From: a virus
Lineage: Duplodnaviria; Caudoviricetes
IMG/VR virus record: IMGVR_UViG_3300022555_000030
Span: 24,295-88,294 of that record
Strand: one strand, 5' to 3'
Length of the DNA: 64,000 nucleotides
The position numbers and the translations under genes are program-made. The notes beneath the pieces are model-generated. The model saw nothing but the letters and a program-made list of their open reading frames with translations. It made no database searches and was not told where the DNA came from. Positions 37,333 through 48,400 of the stretch are shown one piece after another (the stretch's first letter is position 1; each line of letters begins with the position of its first letter).

Positions 37333-37668
37333 TTAATTTGATTTAGTCATATGAATTTTACCGCGATCAATATTCTTATTTCTTTTTTTGAAGTATAATT
37401 CTTCAACTTCTTCTATATTAGTAACTCCCCATATGATATATAGTTCAAGGACAAAATGAAGAATATCCGTAATTTCCTCGAGTAGATACTCCCTATCAAT
37501 CTCTTTCGACTTACTCCATGGAAAACACGCATATCCATCCGATAATTCAGAAAGTTCTTTAATAATAGCATGAATCATCATATTAGAACTTTCAATTTTA
37601 TTATCTTGATTTAGTAAATCTGGCCAATGCTTCTTTACTAATTCCAGTTGTCCTTGAACTATGTCCAT
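37333..37668 (-). CDS. All-alpha (MazG-like, dimeric) dUTPase
   Basis: KELSEL...FPW...LEEITDILHF...YFKKRNKN..R. Confidence 0.85.
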   Translation of the reverse strand: MDIVQGQLELVKKHWPDLLNQDNKIESSNMMIHAIIKELSELSDGYACFPWSKSKEIDREYLLEEITDILHFVLELYIIWGVTNIEEVEELYFKKRNKNIDRGKIHMTKSN

Positions 37669-37672
37669 CTAT

Positions 37673-37987
37673 TTATACCTCTTTTTCTACTTTTTTAATA
37701 ATTTGAGATTTTAATTCTTCTATCTCAATATCAAGTTTTTTAAACTTTCTTTGAAGTTGTGATACTAATTCTTTATCCATATCAAAATTTATTAGAATTT
37801 CGTCCCCTGCAATATTACTTATTTTATCTAAAGTTTCCTTTAAAGCCTTTTCTGCAAGTTCCAATTGTGGATAAATATCCACATTAGTATCAATATCAGA
37901 AATACCAATCTCAGGACGTATAAACTCATAACTATCCTTTTTATTTATTTTAAGAGTAAAACCTAACTTTGCTTCTACTTTAGCCAT
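37673..37987 (-). CDS. Hypothetical protein
   Basis: ORF track; SD GAGGA. Confidence 0.75.
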   Translation of the reverse strand: MAKVEAKLGFTLKINKKDSYEFIRPEIGISDIDTNVDIYPQLELAEKALKETLDKISNIAGDEILINFDMDKELVSQLQRKFKKLDIEIEELKSQIIKKVEKEV

Positions 37988-38007
37988 TTAATTATTCCTC
38001 ACTTATC

Positions 38008-38754
38008 TTAGAATAGGTCTTCTACTTCTTGGATACTAACCCCATCTTGTTCTTTAGTAGAAACATTATTAGTAGGTACTGTATTAGTAGCAGTAACGGT
38101 ATCTTTATTCCTATTCCCTATAACAATATCTTCAATAGTAGGAGCTTCTGCTTTTGCTTTCATAACTTCTTCAGACATCTTACTAGGGTCTTTAGGAAGG
38201 AATGAATAATGGGTACTCATACTCTCCCCAGTTCTTGTATATTTATAGTCTCTATCACAAAGAGTACCATATTCATTTACAAACTGTATAATGGATTCTT
38301 TAATATACCCATCTTTACCAAACTTAGTCCTAAGAATACGTAAACCATTTACAGTCTCTTTATAAAATACTTGGTTCCCTTGTTTAATAGGTTCCCATGA
38401 TATTGCGTTGCTATCTTTATTAAGTGCTGGATTTTGATTCTTATGAGCAATAGAATATACATATACCAAGAATACGTATACATTCCTAGCAATATTCCCT
38501 GCCGCACACCATTTGCAAGGTGCACCAGTCAAATGTTCATAACAATAAGTATCTTTATATTTTTTACCAGTCACAGCAATTTCTTCATATTCATGAATTT
38601 TTGTTTGGAGCATTTGCTCATCATCAATAAATCTGATAAGTGCAGTTTCACCAGATTTAATCCAAAGAAAATTCATTCTATTAGGATTAGTTTGCTGCTG
38701 TTCTGCAGGCTCCTCTGCCTTTTCTTGTATACCCTTAAGACCTTTAATAAACAT
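38008..38754 (-). CDS. Probable ssDNA-binding protein (gp32-like)
   Basis: FLWIKSGETALIRF, CxxC, acidic tail ending EVEDLF; next to primase. Confidence 0.7.
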   Translation of the reverse strand: MFIKGLKGIQEKAEEPAEQQQTNPNRMNFLWIKSGETALIRFIDDEQMLQTKIHEYEEIAVTGKKYKDTYCYEHLTGAPCKWCAAGNIARNVYVFLVYVYSIAHKNQNPALNKDSNAISWEPIKQGNQVFYKETVNGLRILRTKFGKDGYIKESIIQFVNEYGTLCDRDYKYTRTGESMSTHYSFLPKDPSKMSEEVMKAKAEAPTIEDIVIGNRNKDTVTATNTVPTNNVSTKEQDGVSIQEVEDLF

Positions 38755-38772
38755 TTTTTTATTTTCTCCTTT

Positions 38773-39627
38773 TTATATTGCTTCTTTTAATATTTTTTCT
38801 ATTTCTTCTTTTGATAAATTATCTGGGTCTTTGCCCATTGGAAGTGTACAAATTCTTTTTATGAATCTAGAACCAAGTAATGTTCTTATTTTTAAACTTG
38901 CATTAATTCCGGCTTGATCTCCATCAAGCATTGTATATACGTAATCTGTTACACCCCCTAATATTTTTATTTGATCTCTAGTTATATCAGCATGTAATAA
39001 AGCTAATGCATTATGAAATCCTAATTGATGTAGGTATATACAATCTAAACTTCCCTCTACTAATATTATTGAAGTTGCTAATTTATCTAATTTACTTAAT
39101 CCAAATAATGTTTCTGATATTTTAGTTCCTGTAACATACTTATACTTCTTTGGGGCGTCCTTATTTATATACCTAATAATATATCCTTTATCCTCTACTG
39201 TAATTACTATTGCATTCTCTGATTGCCAATATTGAATATTCCAATACTTAATAGTTTCTGTAGTAATACCTCTTTTATTTAAATATTCTTCCCCAATATT
39301 ATTTACAGCTAATGGTAATAAAGGAATTGAAGGAATAATCTTCCTATCTTCTTCTCTTTTATATGATAATTTATTAAAAATAACATCTTTTGCAGGTACA
39401 CCAGCTACACTAACACCAGTTAATTGAAAAATTAATTGATGAATACCCCTTCCTTTAAGGCAGCCTGCAAAACAATGATATACCCCTGTATCTAAATTGA
39501 AGAAAAAGCTAGGGTTTGAATCACTATGCTTTGGGCATTTGCAATTAACTTCTTTGCCCACTACTTTTACAATTTCAATATTTAATTTTTCTATTTGTTT
39601 TATTATTTCTAAATCTTTATTATTCAT
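38773..39627 (-). CDS. dnaG: DNA primase (CHC2 Zn finger + TOPRIM)
   Basis: CPKH...YHCFAGC; LVEGSLD; LDGDQAG. Confidence 0.92.
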   Translation of the reverse strand: MNNKDLEIIKQIEKLNIEIVKVVGKEVNCKCPKHSDSNPSFFFNLDTGVYHCFAGCLKGRGIHQLIFQLTGVSVAGVPAKDVIFNKLSYKREEDRKIIPSIPLLPLAVNNIGEEYLNKRGITTETIKYWNIQYWQSENAIVITVEDKGYIIRYINKDAPKKYKYVTGTKISETLFGLSKLDKLATSIILVEGSLDCIYLHQLGFHNALALLHADITRDQIKILGGVTDYVYTMLDGDQAGINASLKIRTLLGSRFIKRICTLPMGKDPDNLSKEEIEKILKEAI

Positions 39628-39637
39628 TTGTATTTAT

Positions 39638-39664
39638 ATTATATTCTTGATTAATAAATAGCAA
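39638..39664 (-). promoter_or_regulatory. Promoter TTGCTA-N15-TATAAT immediately upstream of primase
   Basis: Consensus match; ATG lies about 10 nt below the -10, so the mRNA may be near-leaderless. Confidence 0.65.
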
Positions 39665-39672
39665 AAGTATTA

Positions 39673-40884
39673 TTACATAGATATTATGCCCTCATTAATA
39701 TTAAATGTTATTTCAATAGGAGTATTTATTGCTTTACCTGTACGTCTTTTAGGAATTGTAATATATCTTGAAAGAGGTTTATTAATATTTTGTTGCATAA
39801 AAATTCCAAAGTCTGCGGCTTGCATGAATGCATCCCCGAATGATACTTGATCTGGGCGAGGCATTTCATCCCCTACAGCCCTATTAGCTTGAGAAGTAGC
39901 AATAACAACTACTTTATTATTTTGAGCAATTGCTTTAAGGCCATATGAAACATCCATCATTTTTACCCAGCTTTGTTCGCCTACACCATCAAGTAATGGT
40001 ACGCCATCTACAATAACCATATCTGGTGCAAATTCAGTAACATACCCATTAATATTATTAATATTGAATTTTTTGCCATTAGCACTATCAATAGTTAACC
40101 AATCTTTTCTAGTTGATATCCCTTCAAGCCATTTTTTATAATTTCTGAGATCAATATCCCCTACTTGTAATTTATCATTTAAGAATGTATACCCATTCAT
40201 TTTACCCATAAATGTATCAAATTTTAAATTAACTTCTTCTGCAGACATTTCAGGAGATATAAATAATACTCTTTTACCTGCTTTATATGCTGTACATCCT
40301 AAATATTGCGCTACTGTACTCTTCCCTACCCCTAATCTTCCTATAATTCCAATAAGATTTCCAGGTTGCCATCCAATATTATTATCATCAAATATTTTTA
40401 TACCAGTTTTAATACCATTTGTTACACCTTTAGTAATATTATCACGATTTTTTACTGCTATATCATAACGTCTTAATGCATCACCATCCGCATAACTTTT
40501 AGAATTTGTAGTTTGTTTCCTAATATTAGTTAATTTAGTTACTAATGAATCAATTGCTCCATAAGTATCTAATGATAATAATTCAGCGGAAGTATTAATA
40601 TAGGCAATAGCTTTTCTTCTAGCAGAGGATTTAAATAGCTCATCGCATAGATATTTTATTTCAATATCTTTTACATCATCTAAATACTTAAATCCTGGAT
40701 ATGTTGATTCAATAACCGCCATTGATGGGATAGAATTATACTTATTAAAGTATTGCTGTATAAAACTAAATTCTTCTGTATGAATTATAAATTCATCTGA
40801 TGTGACTCCCCTCAAAATAATATCACTTAATATTTTTTCATCTTTAATTACTGAAATAAGACGTTGTTCAAGGTCTTGTTGCAT
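39673..40884 (-). CDS. dnaB: DnaB-like replicative helicase
   Basis: GRLGVGKS, VIVDG, SQANR, QAAD. Confidence 0.92.
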   Translation of the reverse strand: MQQDLEQRLISVIKDEKILSDIILRGVTSDEFIIHTEEFSFIQQYFNKYNSIPSMAVIESTYPGFKYLDDVKDIEIKYLCDELFKSSARRKAIAYINTSAELLSLDTYGAIDSLVTKLTNIRKQTTNSKSYADGDALRRYDIAVKNRDNITKGVTNGIKTGIKIFDDNNIGWQPGNLIGIIGRLGVGKSTVAQYLGCTAYKAGKRVLFISPEMSAEEVNLKFDTFMGKMNGYTFLNDKLQVGDIDLRNYKKWLEGISTRKDWLTIDSANGKKFNINNINGYVTEFAPDMVIVDGVPLLDGVGEQSWVKMMDVSYGLKAIAQNNKVVVIATSQANRAVGDEMPRPDQVSFGDAFMQAADFGIFMQQNINKPLSRYITIPKRRTGKAINTPIEITFNINEGIISM

Positions 40885-40885
40885 A

Positions 40886-41158
40886 TTATAAATTCTCCTC
40901 TTCCCAAACTTCTGTAAGTATTGCAGTTTTTATAATAGAATCACAATCAATACATTTTTTAATTTTTTTTGCCGGTACAGTTTGATATTTCTTATAGCAC
41001 TTATTCCATAGAGTAAAATTAATACTTTCGCCTTTAATTTCAACTTCTTTAGTTTCAGTAATAATCCAATTAGTTAATATTTTATGAAAACATTTATTTT
41101 TTAATTCATTAATTTCTTTTTGATGGCGTTTTTGCATTTCTTTAAGATTTTTTTCCAT
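40886..41158 (-). CDS. Hypothetical protein
   Basis: ORF track. Confidence 0.65.
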   Translation of the reverse strand: MEKNLKEMQKRHQKEINELKNKCFHKILTNWIITETKEVEIKGESINFTLWNKCYKKYQTVPAKKIKKCIDCDSIIKTAILTEVWEEENL

Positions 41159-41587
41159 TTAATTCTCCATTTCTATATTTTTTAATTCATTTATTATTAC
41201 TTTCATTATTTCTATATCCTCTGAGGATAATGATATAGCATATATATAATGTTTATATAATTGTATTAAATTTTTTACTCGTTCTTGATTTTCTTTACTA
41301 TACCAAAGTATCATCCTATTATATTGAACAACATCTTTTTCTTTAATTAAACTTCTAAAGGCTGAAGTAAAATATTTTTTAGAAGCGAATAAAAGAATAT
41401 TTGCTTGTTCTTTTCTGGCAATAAGAAAGAAATTATCAATTGCTTCTAAAATTAGGAATTGATTATAAGTCTTTAGCAAATAAGATAATAGGAATGATTC
41501 TATTTTAGCTTTTTTTGGTTTATATGATTCATGAAATTTATTCTCGTATTTAGACAACCAATATAAACGGAGAGTATAAGTATCCAT
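41159..41587 (-). CDS. Hypothetical protein
   Basis: First gene after the promoter at 41618. Confidence 0.7.
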   Translation of the reverse strand: MDTYTLRLYWLSKYENKFHESYKPKKAKIESFLLSYLLKTYNQFLILEAIDNFFLIARKEQANILLFASKKYFTSAFRSLIKEKDVVQYNRMILWYSKENQERVKNLIQLYKHYIYAISLSSEDIEIMKVIINELKNIEMEN

Positions 41588-41617
41588 ATAATTTCCCTCT
41601 TTATTATCTATTTAAAA

Positions 41618-41824
41618 ATACTATTTTAGATTAATAAAAAGCAAAAACTATTTTTTACTTAATAAATTTCCTAATAGATCATGAACTCTAGCACACATTA
41701 AGCATTTAAGAATATATGTATTTCTAGTATCTTCTTCCTTTAGAAGTGAAGGTGCTCCACAATGTTTACATTTTTTATATATCATATTCATAAATGTATC
41801 TTATTAAAGAATAATAAATAGCAA
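41618..41824 (-). promoter_or_regulatory. Two promoters (41644-41618 TTGCTT-N15-TAGTAT; 41824-41798 TTGCTA-N15-TAAGAT) heading the replication operon
   Basis: Consensus match on the minus strand. Confidence 0.65.
41648..41791 (-). CDS. 47-aa Zn-ribbon protein (not in ORF track)
   Basis: KKCKHCG...KCLMC. Confidence 0.55.
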   Translation of the reverse strand: MNMIYKKCKHCGAPSLLKEEDTRNTYILKCLMCARVHDLLGNLLSKK

Positions 41825-42008
41825 AAATAATACTATATAAGAAATAATATGAATTATACTAAGCATAAATGCTTACTTCTTTTTCTAGAAAAAAAGCCTA
41901 GAATAAGATATACGAGGAAAACCAAAGAATGTACTAATAATAAAGATTAAAGATATATAAATTGTTTTCCGAGTATATAATGTACTTATATATATATTAA
42001 TATATTAT

Positions 42009-42314
42009 TTATTTATTATTATTTATTTTATATATATTATTAACTATTCTTATTCTACTCTTAATAGTAACATATCCTAAATTAGAAGCTACATTCCTAA
42101 TAAAGTCTAATATAGTTCTACATTCTTTTATAGCACTTACTAAATTTTTTCCTAATATAATGTATTCTTCATCAGTAAAAGTACCATCTACTTCTGCAGC
42201 TTCAAAATCTTTTCTTGCTTGGATAATAATCCTCCAAAGATTAGCAAAAGCTAATATGGTGCCAAAAAATCCAGCAGCTAATACTACAATAATGAATGTT
42301 TTAATTGTTTCCAT
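42009..42314 (-). CDS. Small membrane protein, holin candidate
   Basis: N-terminal TM segment FIIVVLAAGFFGTILAFANLW; end of the structural operon. Confidence 0.5.
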   Translation of the reverse strand: METIKTFIIVVLAAGFFGTILAFANLWRIIIQARKDFEAAEVDGTFTDEEYIILGKNLVSAIKECRTILDFIRNVASNLGYVTIKSRIRIVNNIYKINNNK

Positions 42315-42352
42315 ATTATGTACTCCTTATATTATATATATTTTATAATATA

Positions 42353-42835
42353 TTACATTTCTATAAATTGTATCTCATTCCCAAAATAATCTTGCCACGT
42401 TTCAAATAATGCATCACTCTGCGGTTCCATAAACCATAATTTGCCAGTGTTATCTATAAACAATTTAAATGCATGAAGATTAGTCCAGATAGTACCATCG
42501 GCTATAGTACTCCATCCAGGTATAGATAAATTACCTGTTACTCTATATGTAAAGTCATCACAATCAAATTTTTCAGGGATATATATATATTCATTTGTTT
42601 TATCCCAAAATAAAAATTTTTGATAATCTTCTTTAGAACATAGCTCATAATAATTATCTGATATATATATATGAGGTGCAGTAGGGAAAGCCTTATTCAA
42701 AATATTAAAGATATAATTACCATCTACTATTTTTTTAGTAGTAGGCAATGGCATTTGGGTTTCTATAACAGGGGGAACAACAATCTCAGTTGCTGTTGAC
42801 TGGATAAAAAAATCAAGAATTTGTTTTAAGCACAT
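42353..42835 (-). CDS. Papain/transglutaminase-like cysteine peptidase (MOA Agglutinin_C-like)
   Basis: FDCDDF (Cys), LHAF (His), MEPQ (Glu). Confidence 0.75.
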   Translation of the reverse strand: MCLKQILDFFIQSTATEIVVPPVIETQMPLPTTKKIVDGNYIFNILNKAFPTAPHIYISDNYYELCSKEDYQKFLFWDKTNEYIYIPEKFDCDDFTYRVTGNLSIPGWSTIADGTIWTNLHAFKLFIDNTGKLWFMEPQSDALFETWQDYFGNEIQFIEM

Positions 42836-42850
42836 AATATTTTATCCTTC

Positions 42851-43003
42851 CTATTTTTCTTTTTCTTCTGCTAGCTTCTTTGCAGCCTCAGTAATAACAA
42901 TTTCTTGAAGTACTGATAATGCATCTTTAATATTAACATTACCTACAATATTATGTACCTTTGTTTCAGTATCATATGAAAAGCTAACTAATACTTGTGC
43001 CAT
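42851..43003 (-). CDS. 50-aa hypothetical protein (not in ORF track)
   Basis: MAQVLVSF...EEKEK; SD AAGGAG. Confidence 0.55.
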   Translation of the reverse strand: MAQVLVSFSYDTETKVHNIVGNVNIKDALSVLQEIVITEAAKKLAEEKEK

Positions 43004-43061
43004 TTCTTTCTCCTTATATCTTGCTATACTATATATATTATACCACTTTTATTACAATTTA

Positions 43062-45407
43062 TTAAAGATATGCAGCTTCGCCAGTAAATCCTCTCATATA
43101 TCCTAATTCATCTATATACATAAAATTTGCATTATCAATCCAAATATACCCCGCATATTCTATACCAATAAATCCATAGTCAGAGCCTGAAAATGCACAT
43201 ATATTCCCAGAAGCATCTACCATGCATAAGTATTCATCTTCAACCCATAAATACCCAGGAGTTCCAATATCAATATGTTCTGTATCGAGATAGCATGCTT
43301 GCTTCCTTTTTTCAGTATTAGCATCAAGATAACAAAAAAAGTCTGTGGTGTCTTCAATATCGCCTGCTTCTATCCAAGCAATTCCGGGTGTATTCACGGT
43401 GGTATGGAAAGTTCTATCTGCACCATTTATTCTAACAATTCCAGGATACCCTATTATTACTGCTCTGTAATGATATAATTTATTTACTTCAAGAGCTCCA
43501 GTTGTTATATGATGATGAATAGTGCATATATTAGTAACATTTTGTGATGCATTATAGCTGCCATAACTAGTATTTAGCCCCCACTCGAAATAAACATCTG
43601 CATTATTATAAGAGTATAATCCTGTAACTTCTGAATTTAATATAGCAGATGAATAATATACAGAAGAAGGTGCATCAGTAGTTATACCTAATGCTATTAA
43701 TTTTCTCCATCCTTCTGCATAAATAGATAATAGAGGGGACTCAACTACATATGATGAAGTAAGCTGTAATTTATAATATTTATGTATTCCATCTCTAGGG
43801 GCAGTGCCATCATTATAAGGTACAGATGTAGCAGCAAGAATATCGCTATATATACCACTTCCTGTATCTGCACGTTTCCATTGGTATGTAAGTATCTGCC
43901 CATTCCTATGGCCAAAATCAGCTTCGCTACCAGTACTTCCTACCCCGACAGAAGTTCTTGCAATAACATAATAATAATGAGTAGTACCATCCGATACTAT
44001 TCCACCACTATCTAATGATAATAAAACATAATCTTCATATATTCCTTGTGATGCAGAAATAGTAGGGGCGGATATATGGGGAGGGTCTGCATAATAATCA
44101 GAAAATGAGTATGTAGAAGCACCGGTATCTAGTATAGAATTAAGATAATTATATACATAACCACCATCATCACTTCTATATATCCAATATGAATATGTTC
44201 CTATAACTTTATCCCATGACATATTAACCCCAGAGCCATCATTTATTGACGAAACAATAAAGTTAGAAGGTGCTGCAGTTCTCCATTGGGCATATAAAGT
44301 AATATTCGCTGAAAAACTATAGGATGCGCTATCATTATATTGTGTGCCAGTACTATCAGCAGATGTATTCCAATAAGCAAATGTATAATTAGTTCTAGTA
44401 AATGAGTTAGCTGTTAAATTTGTAGGGTTACTCGCACTTTGAGGGCTCATAAAACCAGAACCGCCATTACTATTGAATGTGGCAGTATATGTACTTAATG
44501 TAGTGAATATTACTTCTTCGCCATAATTTATAGTTTCAGCCCCCGTACTGTTATCTTTCATATAGGCATATGCACGACAATGATATTCAGTACCAGGGGT
44601 AAGTCCAGTAATATTAGAAGTAAATGGTGTAGTAATAGAAATAGGAGTGTAGGTAGGATCAGTTATATATGGAGTACTCCCAGACTTTACACATACTCCT
44701 ATCTCTTGTATAAAAGTAGAATCATATGCTATATATGACCCACCACTAATTGCAGAAATATTAGTAATACTTGAAATAGATACAGTATGGACTTCTGGCA
44801 AAGAAAAATAATACACATGATTACTTTCTCTATAAAGAGTAGAACCATGGTATAATCTACCATATATTTCATATTCTCGCCCAGAATTAACTGTGATAGA
44901 ATGTTCATAGCCATTAGCTAATTCATACCATGCAACATTATCACCAGTATAGCTATTTATTCCACCGCCAGTACCTTTCCAATAAAATTTAAGACCATTA
45001 TCAGTATCATCAGAATAATAAAGAGCTTCTACCCATGAATATAAATTCATAGATGTAGTAGTAATACTATCTTCAGCAGGATAAGTACTTAAATATAAAC
45101 CACAAGTAAAATATTTTGTAGCACTTGTTGAAAGATATATAGGATAAGTATAATATGCTGTTGCATATACTTCATATTCTTGGCCAGTAATTAAAGTTAT
45201 TGATTGATTGTAAATAGTCCCAATTGTGCTTGAAGATACCCATACACCACCTGTCTGTGACCAAGAAGATGCAGATCGTAATTTATAAAAGAATTTATAA
45301 AAAAGTCCAGAATAGCCATAAAAATTATTTATAGAACATCTAAAAAATAATGATGAGGTAGGAAGACCTCTAGTATTTATAGTGGGCTGATAAATATTTA
45401 CCGACAT
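43062..45407 (-). CDS. Tail fibre/adhesin with FN3-like domains and an InlB B-repeat
   Basis: YTATFNSNGGSG...YTFAYWNT..D.TG..Y...ITLYAQW; Tyr/Ser/Thr-rich. Confidence 0.75.
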   Translation of the reverse strand: MSVNIYQPTINTRGLPTSSLFFRCSINNFYGYSGLFYKFFYKLRSASSWSQTGGVWVSSSTIGTIYNQSITLITGQEYEVYATAYYTYPIYLSTSATKYFTCGLYLSTYPAEDSITTTSMNLYSWVEALYYSDDTDNGLKFYWKGTGGGINSYTGDNVAWYELANGYEHSITVNSGREYEIYGRLYHGSTLYRESNHVYYFSLPEVHTVSISSITNISAISGGSYIAYDSTFIQEIGVCVKSGSTPYITDPTYTPISITTPFTSNITGLTPGTEYHCRAYAYMKDNSTGAETINYGEEVIFTTLSTYTATFNSNGGSGFMSPQSASNPTNLTANSFTRTNYTFAYWNTSADSTGTQYNDSASYSFSANITLYAQWRTAAPSNFIVSSINDGSGVNMSWDKVIGTYSYWIYRSDDGGYVYNYLNSILDTGASTYSFSDYYADPPHISAPTISASQGIYEDYVLLSLDSGGIVSDGTTHYYYVIARTSVGVGSTGSEADFGHRNGQILTYQWKRADTGSGIYSDILAATSVPYNDGTAPRDGIHKYYKLQLTSSYVVESPLLSIYAEGWRKLIALGITTDAPSSVYYSSAILNSEVTGLYSYNNADVYFEWGLNTSYGSYNASQNVTNICTIHHHITTGALEVNKLYHYRAVIIGYPGIVRINGADRTFHTTVNTPGIAWIEAGDIEDTTDFFCYLDANTEKRKQACYLDTEHIDIGTPGYLWVEDEYLCMVDASGNICAFSGSDYGFIGIEYAGYIWIDNANFMYIDELGYMRGFTGEAAYL

Positions 45408-45418
45408 TAATTAATTCC

Positions 45419-48400
45419 TTAACTGTACATATTAGAACCGACAGGAATTTTTAATCTTGTACTAAATATACCATTATTGCCATTTATTGTTCCGCCATTT
45501 AGTATATCTCTATTAACATCATTATTACTATCATATAAATTAAGATTATTAAATATTTGAATACTGTATGAAGGATCACTAGTAAATAAATATATCCCAT
45601 TTTTACCATATAATGAAAGAATATTATTATAAAAGTTATATCCTGTTAATGCTCCTGCATTAATAGAAATACCAAAATTACTAGCAGAAGATATTCCTAA
45701 ATAATTATTTGATTCTAATCTTAATATACCACTAGTCCCTGGAGTTGTTCCTAACCCACCAGAGCTTATTGTTAAATCTTGAGAAGCTGAGGAATAAATC
45801 TGGTTGCCATTTGTTGCAAAATCAGTACTTAAAGCGCCATGATAAATAAAAGTATAACTTGCAGGATGTAATGTTATTGCACCCCCAGGAATTATATCAA
45901 CATTACCATGTGGGGTTATATTCACATCAACTGTAGGGTGTAAAGTAATATCATTTACAGCTTCGAAAGTAATATCATTAGAAGGAATACTCAATGGAGT
46001 ACTGCCTGCATATAAAGATATACCGTAACCAGATGCACTAGTAGCATAAATTGCTTTATCAGATAATAATGAAATAGAATCTGCAGCGCTTAATAATAAT
46101 ACACCAGAAGCAGGAGTTGTTGCAGAACCGCCTGCTTTTATACTAATACCATAGCTACTAGCGGTAGATTCATATATATGATTGAAGGCATATATATCAA
46201 TATCACTAGCAGCTCTAATACGAATTTTATTACTTATTGGGGTTTCTACAGCACAACCCGCATTTATAACTATACTATTATTACCTATTTGGCAAGTATC
46301 AGTATCTAAATAGCATTTCCCATCATATGAATTTATTTGTATTCTGCCATCATCATTATATATATCAATAACTGGAGCATGCAAATAAAGATTGCCTAAC
46401 TCATTATCTACCATAATTGTCATATATTGTTCAGTAGTGGCTATTGCCTGGCCATTAGTATCAAGGGTAGTAGATAACATAGGACTATCATCATCATATA
46501 GGCTATGTAGTGCCCCTACATAATTATTAATAACATACTCTAATGCACTTTCCGTAATAATTTCTGTTTGTATTATTGCATCATGTTCATATATAGGGTG
46601 CGCTAAATTTGTTATTCTATATACAGAATTTGCATCTAAATTAGTTTGTAATAATGTATTATAAAGATATACAAACCCATCTGGATTTATTTTAATATTA
46701 CCTACAGATTGCAATGTTAATTCATTCTCAATTGGTACGGAAGCAACACCACCCGCTTTAAGTACAATACCATATGTACATTCTTGTATTATTGAACCAT
46801 AAGTGGTTAATTTTATATCTCCTGCTATATCATCAACTGAATATCCAGACATAAGTTTTATTCCACTTAGTCCATATATACTTACACTATCATCATGTGT
46901 AGGAATTATAGAGGAGGAATACCCAGCATTTATAACTACTGTATTATTGCCTATTTGATAATTATCACAGTTTAATATCCCACCTAATGTAGGATTACTA
47001 TCCTGTTCAAGTTTAGTCATTCCAGTACCAGAAGCACTTCCCCATGAAATATTGCCTGAACCATCATTTATTAAAACTCTATCAGCTACAGTACCGGAAT
47101 CTAATCTTGTAACAGCCCCTGCTCCTGTACCTATTACTAAATCACCTTTAGCCTCTATAGTAGACAATGGAATGCCACTACCACCACCTGTAGATCCTAT
47201 TGTAGAAATAATTCTAGCATCTATTGGTTGTGTGATATCTTTTACACCAGTATTATCAGGTGAACCATATTCATTTTGGTTAGAAGCAAGACCGGCGGTT
47301 GTCCACTCCCCAAGATCAAAATTATAGTACATTCCTACTAATTCTATAGTTGCTATACCTGGTGATTCTTCATAATCAATAGAGATAACCATCATAGGCT
47401 TATCATCTACTGTTTCTAATCGTGAATTATATACTGTTACTACATCCCCAGCACGTAATATATGCCATTCTTCATCAGTATCATAATAGGCGGGGTATTT
47501 ATTTATTCTAATAGTCCCACGCTGGGTAGAATAATTGACCTTAGATCCTATATAAGACGCTTGTTCATTTAATTGTTCAGTAGCAACAGTATCGTTATTC
47601 TGAGTATATAATCTTTTATTTATTTTATAATTTTTAGGAATATCAGTATTAAATGACTGTCCCATTATTTTAGTACTTGAATCTGTTACACTTTCTACTT
47701 GTATTATTGAATTTCTTTCTTTTTCTGGTGTAGGGAATGAGTAATCAGCATTATATGTAATTACTGTAGGATAATCTGTTTCTGTTACATCATACCCTAA
47801 AATTAATGGCTTCATATATGAAACTTTTTCATTTCTTGGAATATAATGCATATTAACAGGAACAAATTCTGAGCCAATATACCATCCTAAAGACTCTGAA
47901 TAAATTAATTCTTCAGAATCACTATTATCAACATAAAAATCTGCCCTATCCACTTGCGTTGCTATTTGCTGTAGAATCCTTAATGCTGATTGTGAATTAT
48001 TTCTAAAATTACCATAATATGCTGATGAAGCTCCATGAACATCTGATAAATTTATAGTATAAAAATAACCATTAGTAAGTGATATTACTCCGGTATTAGT
48101 AGTACATCCAGTATCAGGGTCAGCATTAATTATTTTAGTATCTGGGTCACAAAGATATTCTGTGACTGTATTGCCTGCCATAAATGCCATATTAAAAGGA
48201 TCATAAGAATACATATCTACTACATCTGTAATACCTAGAGTCTTTGAATCTTCATCCCAAAAAGTTATCTTTGCCATACCATTTCCAGAAAAGCCTGTAT
48301 ATGGTGCTAAAATATAATTCCCAGGAGTAAATGAACCAGAATAACTAGATAGATGTAACTCAGCATATCTATAATATTGTGCAATAGTTGCGAATATACT

